NCBI GenBank assembly: GCA_046595185.1
Contig: JBKJPE010000224.1
Coordinates: 8,238 to 72,237, forward strand
Source: Nocardioides sp.
Lineage (GTDB): Bacteria; Actinomycetota; Actinomycetes; Propionibacteriales; Nocardioidaceae
Length of the DNA stretch: 64,000 nt
Direction: 5' to 3'
Of the stretch, positions 10,261 through 21,661 are shown one piece after another. Under the pieces are notes generated by a model, which worked only from the letters and a program-made list of their open reading frames with translations, made no database searches and was not told the origin of the DNA. The first letter of the stretch is position 1. Each line of letters begins with the position of its first letter. Made by a program: the position numbers and the translations under genes.

Positions 10261-11087
10261 GCGGGCCCGGCAGCTGGGCCGGCGGGTCGTTCGGGGCGCG
10301 CGGGCGCTGCGTGCTCGCGCCGAACGCCGGCGAGATGACGCTCGACGGCACGAACACCTGGGTGCTGCGCGAGCCGGGTGCGCGCCGCTCGGTGGTGGTC
10401 GACCCCGGGCCGTCGATGCTGGCGCACCTGGACGCCGTGGCCTCCTTCGCCCAGATCGACGGCGGGCCGGGCGAGGTCTCCGCGGTGCTGCTGACCCACC
10501 ACCACCTCGACCACAGCGAGGCGGCGCGGGAGTTCGCCGAGCGGGTCGGCTGCGGGGTCCGTGCGCTCGACCCCGCGCTCCGGCTGGGCTCCGAGGGCCT
10601 CGCCGACGGCGACGTCGTCGAGGTGGACGGGCTCGAGGTCCGGGTGGTGGCCACACCCGGGCACACCGGCGACTCGCTGTCCTTCTGGGTGCCCGCCGAG
10701 GACGCGGTGCTGACCGGCGACACGGTCCTCGGCCGCGGCACCACCGTCGTCGCGCACCCCGACGGGCGCCTGGGGGCGTACCTCGACTCGCTGGACCGGC
10801 TGCACGCCGTGGCCTCGGAGCACGGGATCGCCCACGTCTGGCCGGGTCACGGCCCGGTGCTCGACGACGCGCTGGGGGTGCTCGAGCACTACCGCGCCCA
10901 CCGCCACCAGCGCCTGGAGCAGGTCCGTGCCGCGCTCGCCGACCTCGGCCGTGCCGCCGGCGACGTGCACGACGACGACGGCCTGCCGCGCCGGGTGGTC
11001 GAGACGGTGTACGCCGACGTCGACCCGGTGCTGTGGGGCGCTGCGGAGCTGTCGGTCCGCGCCCAGCTGGCCTACCTCGCGGGGTAG
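10257..11087 (+). CDS. Metallo-beta-lactamase-fold hydrolase
   Basis: THHHLDH, TPGHT, LTGD, PGHG. Confidence 0.9.
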   Translation: MSGPGSWAGGSFGARGRCVLAPNAGEMTLDGTNTWVLREPGARRSVVVDPGPSMLAHLDAVASFAQIDGGPGEVSAVLLTHHHLDHSEAAREFAERVGCGVRALDPALRLGSEGLADGDVVEVDGLEVRVVATPGHTGDSLSFWVPAEDAVLTGDTVLGRGTTVVAHPDGRLGAYLDSLDRLHAVASEHGIAHVWPGHGPVLDDALGVLEHYRAHRHQRLEQVRAALADLGRAAGDVHDDDGLPRRVVETVYADVDPVLWGAAELSVRAQLAYLAG

Positions 11088-11124
11088 CTACATGTGCGGG
11101 GCGGGGGCGTCAGCGGGCGCGGCG

Positions 11125-11802
11125 TCAGCGGGCGCGGCGGCCCAGTCGCTCGATGTCCATGATCACCACGGAGCGGGGCTCCAGGCGCACCCAGCCGCGC
11201 GAGGCGAAGTCGGCCAGCGCCTTGTTGACCGTCTCGCGGGAGGCGCCGACCAGCTGGGCGAGCTCCTCCTGGGTGAGGTCGTGGTGGACGTGGACGCCGT
11301 CGTCGGCCGAGCGGCCGAAGCGGTCGGCGAGGTCGAGCAGCGCCTTGGCGACGCGGCCCGGGACGTCGGAGAAGACCAGGTCGGCCACCACGTCGTTGGC
11401 CTTGCGCAACCGGCCGGCGAGCTGGGTGAGCAGTCCACGGGCGACCGTCGGCCGCCCCTCGAGCCAGCGCAGCAGGTCGTCGTGGGAGAGCGAGGCGAAG
11501 CTGGTGTCGGTCACCGCGGTGACCGTCGCCGAGCGCGGCCCCGGGTCGAAGAGGGACAGCTCGCCGAACATCTGGCCCGGGCCGAGGATCGCGAGCAGGT
11601 TCTCACGGCCGTCCGAGGACGTCCGGCCGAGCTTCACCTTGCCCTCCATCACGATGTACAGCTTGTCGCCGGAGTCACCCTCGCGGAACAGCACCTCGCC
11701 CCGGCGCAGGCGGTTCTCGGCCATCGAGGTGTGCAGCGCAGCGGCTGCTTCGTCGTCGAGCGCGCTGAACAGCGGCGCCTGGCGCAGTACGTCGTCGTCC
11801 AC
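11125..11802 (-). CDS. crp: Crp/Fnr-family regulator (CRP/GlxR)
   Basis: cNMP-binding GELSLFDPGPRSAT; HTH TQEELAQLVGASRETVNKAL; RBS CAGGAGGA before GTG. Confidence 0.95.
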   Translation of the reverse strand: MDDDVLRQAPLFSALDDEAAAALHTSMAENRLRRGEVLFREGDSGDKLYIVMEGKVKLGRTSSDGRENLLAILGPGQMFGELSLFDPGPRSATVTAVTDTSFASLSHDDLLRWLEGRPTVARGLLTQLAGRLRKANDVVADLVFSDVPGRVAKALLDLADRFGRSADDGVHVHHDLTQEELAQLVGASRETVNKALADFASRGWVRLEPRSVVIMDIERLGRRAR

Positions 11803-11845
11803 GTGGTCCTCCTGACGCTCCCGGACATTCCGGCCGAGCATATCG

Positions 11846-11861
11846 AGTGCGGCATCTCACA
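11846..11861. promoter_or_regulatory. CRP-type box in crp-nth intergenic region
   Basis: AGTGC-GGCATC-TCACA. Confidence 0.45.
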
Positions 11862-11986
11862 CGCGAATGCAGGGGCGAGCGATGCCAGTGTGGCGCACGA
11901 GGCGCCGGTGGCGCGACTGGTCCGGCATCGCCTGGTCGGGTCCGGTGCGACGGCGGGCCCTCTGCGGCGCGCCGTACGCTGGGGCC

Positions 11987-12727
11987 GTGAGTGTTCCCTC
12001 CCCGTCGGCCCCCCCGTCGGCCTCCCCGTCGACCTCCGCGTCGACCTCGCTGGTCCGTCGCGCCCGCAAGGTCGACCGCGCCCTCGCCGCGGCCTACCCC
12101 GACGCCCGGTGCGAGCTGGACTTCGCCGACCCCTTCGAGCTGCTCGTGGTCACCGTGCTCAGCGCGCAGACCACCGACCGGCGCGTCAACGCGACCCGCC
12201 CCACGCTCTTCGCGGCCTACCCCGACGCCCCGTCGATGGCCGCGGCCGATCGCGCCCACCTCGAGCAGATCCTCGGCCCGCTCGGCTTCTTCCGGGCCAA
12301 GACCGACTCCCTGCTCAAGCTCTCCGCCGCCCTCGTCGAGGACCACGACGGCCAGGTCCCGCCCCGCCTCGCGGACCTCGTCAAGCTCCCCGGGGTCGGC
12401 CGCAAGACCGCCAACGTCGTGCTCGGCAACGCCTTCGACGTGCCGGGGATCACCGTCGACACCCACGTCGGACGCCTGGCGCGCCGGCTCGGCTGGACCG
12501 ACGAGACCGACCCGGTCAAGGTCGAGCACGCGGTCGGCGCGCTGTTCCCCCGACGCGACTGGACGATGCTGAGCCACCACCTGATCTGGCACGGGCGGCG
12601 CCGGTGCCACGCCAAGAAGCCGGCCTGCGGCGCGTGCCCGGTCTCGCACTGGTGCCCGTCCTTCGGTGACGGGCCGACCGACCCCGTCGCCGCGGCCGCG
12701 CTCGTCAGGACGCAGGGCCCGGCATGA
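11987..12727 (+). CDS. nth: Endonuclease III
   Basis: LSAQTTD, Hh[18 protein letters not shown]-x6-C-x2-C-x5-C cluster. Confidence 0.95.
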   Translation: MSVPSPSAPPSASPSTSASTSLVRRARKVDRALAAAYPDARCELDFADPFELLVVTVLSAQTTDRRVNATRPTLFAAYPDAPSMAAADRAHLEQILGPLGFFRAKTDSLLKLSAALVEDHDGQVPPRLADLVKLPGVGRKTANVVLGNAFDVPGITVDTHVGRLARRLGWTDETDPVKVEHAVGALFPRRDWTMLSHHLIWHGRRRCHAKKPACGACPVSHWCPSFGDGPTDPVAAAALVRTQGPA

Positions 12728-13278
12728 GGCGCCGTACGACGCGGGCCGCGGCCGCGATGTCGGCCGCGGGCGCCGTGGTGGCCCTCGCCGGGGCCTGCAC
12801 CGCCCCGGCCGCCGAGGAGGATGTCGACACGCTGCCCGAGATCACCCTGGAGACCTTCGACGCGCCGGGACACCAGGCGGCGGAGGGCAGGAGCGAGGTC
12901 TACCTGCCCGATGTGAAGGGCCCCGCGGTGGTCAACCTGTGGGCGTCGTGGTGCGGCCCCTGCCGCGACGAGCTGCCGCTGCTGGAGGAGTTCTCCCAGG
13001 ACCACGGCGACGAGGTGGCGGTGATCGGCATCAACTACCTGGACCCGCAGACCGACAAGGCCGCCGCCCTCGCCGACAGCAGCGGGCTGACGTTCCAGCT
13101 GCTCCAGGACCCCGGCGGCGAGCTCGACGCCTCGCCGCCCTTCCCCGTCCTGCAGGGCCTGCCGTTCTGGGCCTTCGTCGACGCCGACGGCCGGGTCGTG
13201 CACCGCGAGTTCGTCGCCGTCGAGTCCGAGCAGCAGATCGTCGACCTGGCCGAGGAGCACCTCGGGGTGCGCCTGTGA
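12724..13278 (+). CDS. TlpA-family thiol-disulfide reductase (lipoprotein)
   Basis: LAGAC lipobox; [10 protein letters not shown]. Confidence 0.9.
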   Translation: MRRRTTRAAAAMSAAGAVVALAGACTAPAAEEDVDTLPEITLETFDAPGHQAAEGRSEVYLPDVKGPAVVNLWASWCGPCRDELPLLEEFSQDHGDEVAVIGINYLDPQTDKAAALADSSGLTFQLLQDPGGELDASPPFPVLQGLPFWAFVDADGRVVHREFVAVESEQQIVDLAEEHLGVRL

Positions 13279-14003
13279 GCAGGCCCGCGGGCCGTGCGCG
13301 CGAGGTGCCACCGGGGATGCCCGACTGGCTGCGCCCGGTCGCCGAGCACGCGGCGGAGATCTCCGTGCAGGACCTCACCCCCTTCCTGCCGCCCGAGGAC
13401 GCCGAGCCCCGCCGCGGCGCGGTGCTGATGCTCTTCGGCGAGGGCGCTCGGGGCCCCGAGATGCTGCTGACCGAGCGGGCCCACGACATGCGCTCCCACC
13501 CCGGGCAGGTCTCCTTCCCCGGTGGCGGCATCGACCCGGGGGAGACCGCCGCGGAGGCGGCGCTGCGGGAGGCCTGGGAGGAGACCGGGCTCGACCCCGG
13601 CGGGGTGGAGGTCTTCGCCGAGCTGCCCGAGCTGTGGTTGCCGCCGTCGAACTTCGCCGTCACCCCGGTGCTCGGCTGGTGGCGGGAGCCCGGGCCGGTC
13701 CACGTCGCGTCGCCGACCGAGGTGCACGCGATCCACCAGGTGGTCCTGCACGAGCTGATCGACCCCGACCACCGGATCCGGGTGCGCGGGCCGTCGGGCT
13801 GGGTCGGGCCCGGGTTCCTGATCGGCGACGGCAAGGACGTCATCTGCTGGGGCTTCACCGCCGGCATCATCAGCCGGCTCTTCGACTTCCTGGGCTGGAC
13901 CGACGAGATCCACGACGCCCCGATGCACGACCTGCCGGACTACATGCTCGTCGGGCGTCGTGTCGACCGCGAGCCGGTGCGCGAGTCGCTGGAGGACGGG
14001 TGA
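13275..14003 (+). CDS. CoA pyrophosphatase (NUDIX)
   Basis: LLTERA.MRSHPGQVSFPGG, ALREAWEETG. Confidence 0.9.
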   Translation: MSRPAGRAREVPPGMPDWLRPVAEHAAEISVQDLTPFLPPEDAEPRRGAVLMLFGEGARGPEMLLTERAHDMRSHPGQVSFPGGGIDPGETAAEAALREAWEETGLDPGGVEVFAELPELWLPPSNFAVTPVLGWWREPGPVHVASPTEVHAIHQVVLHELIDPDHRIRVRGPSGWVGPGFLIGDGKDVICWGFTAGIISRLFDFLGWTDEIHDAPMHDLPDYMLVGRRVDREPVRESLEDG

Positions 14004-15175
14004 ACCTCCTCGACTGGCTGCTCGTCGTCCTGGTCCTGGTCTACGCCCTCAGCGGCTACTGGCAGGGCTTCGTCACCGGGGCCTTCGCCACCAGCGGGCT
14101 GCTGCTCGGCGGGCTGCTCGGCATCGTCCTGGCACCGCTCGCCCTCGGCGACGCCGATCCCTCCTTGGTGGTCTCCCTCGGTGCGCTCTTCATCGTGATC
14201 CTGGGCGCTTCCCTCGGGCAGGCGGTCCTGCAGTACGCAGGGTCGCGCCTGCGCGACCGGATCACCTGGCAGCCCGCCCGGGCGCTCGACGCCGCCGGTG
14301 GTGCGGCACTCAGTGCGCTGGCCGTCGTGATCGTGGCCTGGGCCCTCGGTGTCGCGGTCTCCGGCTCGCGGATCGGCTCGGTGACCCCGCTGGTGCGCGA
14401 CTCAGCCGTGCTCGGCCGCGTCGACCAGGTCGTGCCCGCCCGGGCAACGGCCGCGCTCCAGGCCTTCAACAACGTCGTCGGCACCAGCTTCTTCCCCCGC
14501 TACCTCGAGCCCTTCGCCCCCGAGCGGATCGTCGAGGTCGGCCCGGGCCCGAAGCGGCTCCTGCAGGACCCCGACGTGGTCGACGCCGAGCGGAGCGTGC
14601 TGAAGGTCCGCGGCGACAACGTCTGCGGACGCGGCGTCGAGGGCAGCGGCGTCCTCTACGCGCCCGGCCGGCTGATGACCAACGCCCACGTCGTCGCGGG
14701 CGTGGCGGAGCCGACGGTCGAGATCGGCGGCGGCACGGTCGCCGCGCGTACCGTCTACTACAACGCCGACCTCGACGTGGCCGTCCTCGCCCTCGACAGC
14801 GGGTCGGCCCCGACCCTCGACCTGGAGGAGGGCGCCCGGCAGGGCGACGGCGTGGCCATCGTCGGCTACCCCGAGGACGGTCCGTACGACGTCCAGCCGG
14901 GCCGGGTCCGGGCCGAGCAGCGGCTGCGCTCGCCCGACATCTACGGCGAGGGCGCGGTGATCCGTGAGGTGTACTCGTTGCGCGGGCTCGTGCGGCCCGG
15001 GAACTCCGGCGGCCCGGTGCTCGACTCCGAGGGCGACGTGGTCGGCCTGGTGTTCGCGGCGTCGGTGACCGACCCCGACACCGGCTACGCGCTGACCGCG
15101 GCCCAGGTCGTGCGCAGCGCCGAGCTCGGTCGGCAGAACACCGAGCCGGTCAGCACCGGCGACTGCGTCGCCTGA
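14000..15175 (+). CDS. marP: MarP-family membrane serine protease
   Basis: Four N-terminal TM segments, TNAHVV, GNSGGP. Confidence 0.92.
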   Translation: MNLLDWLLVVLVLVYALSGYWQGFVTGAFATSGLLLGGLLGIVLAPLALGDADPSLVVSLGALFIVILGASLGQAVLQYAGSRLRDRITWQPARALDAAGGAALSALAVVIVAWALGVAVSGSRIGSVTPLVRDSAVLGRVDQVVPARATAALQAFNNVVGTSFFPRYLEPFAPERIVEVGPGPKRLLQDPDVVDAERSVLKVRGDNVCGRGVEGSGVLYAPGRLMTNAHVVAGVAEPTVEIGGGTVAARTVYYNADLDVAVLALDSGSAPTLDLEEGARQGDGVAIVGYPEDGPYDVQPGRVRAEQRLRSPDIYGEGAVIREVYSLRGLVRPGNSGGPVLDSEGDVVGLVFAASVTDPDTGYALTAAQVVRSAELGRQNTEPVSTGDCVA

Positions 15176-15221
15176 GCGACCGGACCACCCGACGCGGGAC
15201 GGACCGGCAGGCCCGGCTGGT

Positions 15222-15629
15222 TCAGCGCTTGCCCTTGAGCGCCTTGGGGATCTCGCGGCCCTGGGCGATCGCACGCTCCGGGGGGCCGACCTGCTTGATC
15301 TTCTTCAGCCCGACCAGGCCGAGGACGGCTGCGACGACGGCATAGAGGCCGAAGACGATCAGGAACGCCCAGTGCAGACCGAGGCCGTCACCGTTCCAGT
15401 TGATGAAGTAGGCCAGGGAGATCGAGAGCATGATGATCGCCAGCACGCCGACGAACGCGGCAGCGGCGAACATCGCGACGCTGATCCCGCCCGTGCGGAC
15501 GCTGACCTTCAGCTCGGACTTGGCCAGGGCGATCTCGGAGGAGATCAGCCCCGAGATGTCGCGGCTGGCGTCGGAGACGAGTCGACCGATGGTCGGCTCG
15601 GTGTCCTTCACCGGGATCTTCGTTGCCAT
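15222..15629 (-). CDS. Actinobacterial holin-like (YqjE/holin superfamily III) membrane protein
   Basis: IGRLVSDASRDISGLISSEIALAKSEL plus two TM helices. Confidence 0.8.
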   Translation of the reverse strand: MATKIPVKDTEPTIGRLVSDASRDISGLISSEIALAKSELKVSVRTGGISVAMFAAAAFVGVLAIIMLSISLAYFINWNGDGLGLHWAFLIVFGLYAVVAAVLGLVGLKKIKQVGPPERAIAQGREIPKALKGKR

Positions 15630-15719
15630 GCTGTGCTCCCAGAGTGGTGCGCGGTGGTCGGTCAGGCAGGTCGGGCACGACCCTATCCAAGCCCGGCGGT
15701 CGGGGCGCCCACCCCGGCC

Positions 15720-17141
15720 TCAGGCCGGCGGCGTAGCGGGGTCGTTGTCCCCGGTCTGGTAGACGTCGGGGATCCCGTCGTGGTCGTCGTCGCGGGTCTC
15801 CTTCTCCTCGACCCGCTTGTAGACGCGGTTGCGCGCGCGCAGCACCACCGTGGCCAGCAGGGCGGCTGTGACCGAGCCCAGCAGGACTCCCACCTTGACG
15901 TGCTCGTCGCGCTCGCTGCCCTGACCGAAGGCCAGCTCGCCGATCAGCAGGGACACGGTGAAGCCGATGCCTGCGAGCATCGAGATGCCGATGACGTCGA
16001 CCCAGGACAGCTCGTCGTCGAGGTCGGCCTTGGTGAACGTCGCGAACAACCATGAGGCCCCGGCGATGCCGATGGTCTTGCCGACCACCAGCCCGGTCAG
16101 GATCCCCAGCGCGACCGGGTCCTGCAACGACTCGATCAGCCCGGACAGGCCGCCCACGGTCACCCCGGCAGCGAAGAAGGCGAAGACGGGCACCGCGACG
16201 CCGGCACTGACCGGTCGGACCAGGTGCTCGAGGTGCTCGGCCAGGCCGGGACCCACCTGTCCGTCCTTGCGCAGGACCGGGACGGTGAAGCCGAGCAGCA
16301 CCCCGGCCACGGTGGCGTGGACGCCGGACTCGTGCACCAGGACCCACGCGGCGAGGGCGAGCGGGACCAGCAGCCACACCTGGCGGAACCTCTTCTGGAC
16401 CAGCAGGCCGAACACGGCGATCGGGATCAGAGCCAGTAGCAGGAACAGCGGCTGCAGCGCGTCGGTGTAGAAGATCGCGATGATGGTGATGGCCAGCAGG
16501 TCGTCGACGACGGCCAAGGTCAACAGGAAGGTGCGCAGACCCGTGGGCAGGTGGGTGCTGATCACGGCCAGGATGGCGACCGCGAAGGCGATGTCGGTGG
16601 CGGTGGGGATGGCCCACCCCTCGACGGCGCCGTTGGGACCCAGGTTCCAGGCCACGAAGATCAACGCGGGGGCGATCATGCCGCCGACGGCCGCGGCTAT
16701 CGGCAGGGCGGCCCGCTTGGGGTCGCGCAGGTCGCCGGCGATGAACTCGCGCTTCAGCTCCAGGCCCACGACGAAGAAGAAGATGGCCAGCAGGCCGTCG
16801 GCGGCCCAGGTGCCGATGCTGAGGTCGAGGTGCAGCCAGGCGGGACCGACGACGTAGTCGCGGGCCGCGGTGTAGTACCCGGCCCACGGGGTGTTGGCCC
16901 AGATGATCGCAACCAGGGCGCCGGCGATGAGCAGCATCCCGCCGGTGGTCTCGGCGCGGAGCACGCCGGCGATGCGGGAGGTCTCCAGGAAGGAGCCGCG
17001 GGAGAACAGACGGTCCCCGTCCGAGGGCCCGGACGGTTCGCCCCCGGCGTGGTGCGGGTCGGGTGCCGGCTCGCGCCGGGCGGCGGGGGACAGGTCCTGC
17101 TGGTCCTGCTGGTCCTGCTGGTCCTGCTGGTCGGAGGTCAT
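15720..17141 (-). CDS. nhaA: Na+/H+ antiporter NhaA
   Basis: [40 protein letters not shown]; N-terminal (DQQ)4 9-bp repeat. Confidence 0.95.
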   Translation of the reverse strand: MTSDQQDQQDQQDQQDLSPAARREPAPDPHHAGGEPSGPSDGDRLFSRGSFLETSRIAGVLRAETTGGMLLIAGALVAIIWANTPWAGYYTAARDYVVGPAWLHLDLSIGTWAADGLLAIFFFVVGLELKREFIAGDLRDPKRAALPIAAAVGGMIAPALIFVAWNLGPNGAVEGWAIPTATDIAFAVAILAVISTHLPTGLRTFLLTLAVVDDLLAITIIAIFYTDALQPLFLLLALIPIAVFGLLVQKRFRQVWLLVPLALAAWVLVHESGVHATVAGVLLGFTVPVLRKDGQVGPGLAEHLEHLVRPVSAGVAVPVFAFFAAGVTVGGLSGLIESLQDPVALGILTGLVVGKTIGIAGASWLFATFTKADLDDELSWVDVIGISMLAGIGFTVSLLIGELAFGQGSERDEHVKVGVLLGSVTAALLATVVLRARNRVYKRVEEKETRDDDHDGIPDVYQTGDNDPATPPA

Positions 17142-17149
17142 CGCGTCTC

Positions 17150-17208
17150 CTACGGGGTCGTCAACGGTGTTGCCGACCAGACTTCCCGGCGCACCGCGCA
17201 CCATCCTA
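17150..17208 (-). promoter_or_regulatory. nhaA promoter (-10 TAGGAT) and structured 5' leader
   Basis: TAGGAT at 17208-17203; leader GGUG-C-GCCG-GGAAGUCUGGU-CGGC-AA-CACC can form nested stems. Confidence 0.45.
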
Positions 17209-17231
17209 GGGGCCCGCGGCCCCCCGTGACA

Positions 17232-17273
17232 GCGGCAGGACCGCGAGCCCCGGGGGGCACGCGGTCCTGCCGC
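17232..17273 (-). terminator. Hairpin terminator downstream of acs
   Basis: 14-bp stem gcggcaggaccgcg / cgcggtcctgccgc. Confidence 0.7.
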
Positions 17274-17312
17274 CGTCCTGTCGCAGTCGGTGCCGTCCCC
17301 CGACGGCGCTGT

Positions 17313-19292
<1,980 letters not shown>

Positions 19293-19328
19293 GGATCTCT
19301 CCCCGGTGGGCTCGTGGGTGGTGCAGTC

Positions 19329-19347
19329 GGTGACTCACGTCACTTTA
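19329..19347 (-). promoter_or_regulatory. acs -10 (TAAAGT) with overlapping CRP-type box
   Basis: GGTGA-CTCACG-TCACT at 19329-19344; minus strand reads TAAAGT-GACGTGAGTCAC. Confidence 0.65.
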
Positions 19348-19452
19348 GGGGCACCGCGACGATGGGCCGGTGGTGCATGGGTGGCGTGAGACGTGTGCTC
19401 CCGCCCCGGGGGTGCTGGACCCCCGGGACGGGAGATGGAGGGGCCGATCAGG

Positions 19453-21069
19453 TCAGTGACTGATCGCCTTCTCGGAGCCCGCGCCGGTCAGCGCGCGGAC
19501 CTCGAGCTCGGTGTAGCGGTCCTCCGCGGCCGGCTCGCGGCTGCTCAGGGCCCCGATGATGCCGAACAGGAAGCCGAGCGGGATCGAGACCAGGCCCGGG
19601 TTCTCGAGCGGGAACAACGAGATGTCGACACCGGCCGGCAGCAGGGACAGGTTCTCCCCCGAGGCCGGGTCGACCTTGCCCGACATGACCGGGGAGAGGA
19701 TGACCAGCCCGATGCTGGAGATCAACCCACCGTAGATGCTCCACAGGGCGCCCCGGGTGTTGAAGCGGCGCCAGAAGATGTTGAGCAGGATCGTCGGCAG
19801 GTTCGCCGAGGCGGCCACCGCGAAGGCCAGTGCCACCAGGAACGCGATGTTGAGGTTCTGAGCCGGGATGGCCAGCAGGATCGCCGCGAGGCCGATGCCG
19901 GCAGCGGCGAACCGGGTCACCCGGATCTCCTCCTTCTCCGTGGCCTGGCCGTTCTTGAACACGTTGTTGTAGACGTCGTGCGCGACCGACGCCGACGACG
20001 TCAGCGTCAGTCCGGCGACCACGGCCAGGATCGTGGCGAAGGCGACCGCCGCGATGAGTGCCAGCAGGACGGCGCCACCGGTGGTGCCGGCCCCGCCGCC
20101 GACCTCCTCGGCCAGGCGCGGCGCGGCGAGGTTGCCGGCCGCGTCGAGCGTGCTGACGTCGAGCAGCGCCGCAGCGCCGAAGCCCAGGATCAGGGTGAAG
20201 AGGTAGAAGGTGCCGATCAGACCGATCGCCCACAGCACCGACTTGCGGGCGTCCCGCGCCGTCGGGACGGTGTAGAAGCGGATCAGGATGTGCGGCAGGC
20301 CGGCCGTGCCGAGCACGAGCGCGAGTCCGAGGCTCAAGAAGTCCAGCTTGCTGGTGATGCTGACGCCGTACTTCAGACCGGGCTCGAGGAAGGCCGACCC
20401 GGAACCGGAGTTGGTGGCGGCCTGGCCGAGCAGGGCGGAGAGGTTGAAGTTGAACTGGAGCAGGACCAGGAACACGATCAGCGCGGAGCCGACCATCAGC
20501 AGGACCGCCTTGATGATCTGCACCCAGGTGGTGCCCTTCATGCCCCCGACGGTGACGTAGAAGATCATCAGCACGCCGACGCCGAAGATGACGACGTTCT
20601 TGATCAGCTGGCTCTCGACCCCGAGCAGCAGGGCGACCAGGGTGCCGGCACCGACCATCTGGGCCAGCAGGTAGAAGATCGACACGACGACGGTGGAGGT
20701 CGCGGCCGCCAGTCGGACCGGGCGACGTCGCATCCGGAAGGCCAGCTGGTCGGCCATCGTGTAGCGGCCCGAGTTGCGCAGCATCTCGGCGACGAGGAGC
20801 AGGGCGACCAGCCAGGCGACCAGGAACCCGATCGAGTAGAGGAAGCCGTCGTAGCCGGAGATCGCGATGATGCCCGAGATGCCGAGGAACGAGGCCGCGG
20901 ACATGTAGTCGCCGCCGAGGGCGAGGCCGTTCTGGATCGGCGAGAAGCTGCGCCCCCCTGCGTAGAAGTCGGAGGTGCCCTCGGTCGACCGACTGGCACG
21001 GATGGTGATGAAGATCGTGAGCGCGACGACGCTCAGGAACAGGACGGTGGTGAGTACCTGGTCGCTCAT
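19453..21069 (-). CDS. actP: Cation/acetate symporter (SSS family)
   Basis: QNGLALGGDYMSAASFLG, GGMKGTTWVQIIKA, GTAGLPHILIRFYT. Confidence 0.92.
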   Translation of the reverse strand: MSDQVLTTVLFLSVVALTIFITIRASRSTEGTSDFYAGGRSFSPIQNGLALGGDYMSAASFLGISGIIAISGYDGFLYSIGFLVAWLVALLLVAEMLRNSGRYTMADQLAFRMRRRPVRLAAATSTVVVSIFYLLAQMVGAGTLVALLLGVESQLIKNVVIFGVGVLMIFYVTVGGMKGTTWVQIIKAVLLMVGSALIVFLVLLQFNFNLSALLGQAATNSGSGSAFLEPGLKYGVSITSKLDFLSLGLALVLGTAGLPHILIRFYTVPTARDARKSVLWAIGLIGTFYLFTLILGFGAAALLDVSTLDAAGNLAAPRLAEEVGGGAGTTGGAVLLALIAAVAFATILAVVAGLTLTSSASVAHDVYNNVFKNGQATEKEEIRVTRFAAAGIGLAAILLAIPAQNLNIAFLVALAFAVAASANLPTILLNIFWRRFNTRGALWSIYGGLISSIGLVILSPVMSGKVDPASGENLSLLPAGVDISLFPLENPGLVSIPLGFLFGIIGALSSREPAAEDRYTELEVRALTGAGSEKAISH

Positions 21070-21136
21070 GCGGGGTCCCCTGGGAGTTGGTCGGCGGAGG
21101 AGCGGGGCGGGGCGATCGAGGAGCTTCGGGTAGCGG

Positions 21137-21493
21137 TCATGCGCGCTTGCTCTTCTCGTACTCGGTGTTGAGCTGCTCGGCCAGAGGGTCCAGCTTGGCG
21201 ATCGAGAACTTGGCGTAGAGGAACGCGATGCCGAAGGTGGTCACGAACTGCAGGAGACCGAACACCAGGGCGACGTTGATGTTGCCGACGAGCTTGAAGG
21301 CCATGAAGCTCGAGGCATAGCTCGACATCAAGACGTAGAGGAGGAACCAGGAGAGGAAGACCACCGTGGCGGGCAGCACGAAGCCGCGGTACCGCTTGCG
21401 GAGCTCGACGAACTCCGGCCGGTCGTGCAGGTCGTCGTAGACGGGATCATGGCGGGCGGCCATGTCCGGTGGGCTGTCGGCGTCGTGGGCCAT
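21137..21493 (-). CDS. DUF485 (YjcH-like) membrane protein
   Basis: EFVELRKRYRGF, GLLQFVTTF; typical actP partner. Confidence 0.88.
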   Translation of the reverse strand: MAHDADSPPDMAARHDPVYDDLHDRPEFVELRKRYRGFVLPATVVFLSWFLLYVLMSSYASSFMAFKLVGNINVALVFGLLQFVTTFGIAFLYAKFSIAKLDPLAEQLNTEYEKSKRA

Positions 21494-21517
21494 CGGAGCG
21501 CCTTTCTGAGCAGGAGT

Positions 21518-21536
21518 AGTGACCCGCGTCACGCTA
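21518..21536 (-). promoter_or_regulatory. DUF485-actP -10 (TAGCGT) with overlapping CRP-type box
   Basis: AGTGA-CCCGCG-TCACG at 21518-21533. Confidence 0.65.
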
Positions 21537-21578
21537 AGGGGTGCCGCAACCCGGCGGCGAGGGCCGATCGGCACGTCT

Positions 21579-21613
21579 GCGGTGAGCGGTCGGCGCGGCG
21601 CGGCGAGCGGTCG
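21579..21613 (-). promoter_or_regulatory. LytTR-type direct repeat
   Basis: GCGG(T/C)GAGCGGTCG at 21579 and 21600, 21-bp period. Confidence 0.6.
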
Positions 21614-21661
21614 CCCGGGTCCGTGGGTCGGGTCGGGTCGCGTGGCGGGGCCCCCGCGTGG

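Noticed and set aside
11106-11135. 15-bp tandem duplication at the crp stop; similar 12-bp duplications near 12001 and 37101
   Set aside because: Simple slippage with no evident coding consequence
15222-15629. Holin-like gene as a prophage sign
   Set aside because: Core chromosomal gene in conserved context; no phage genes nearby
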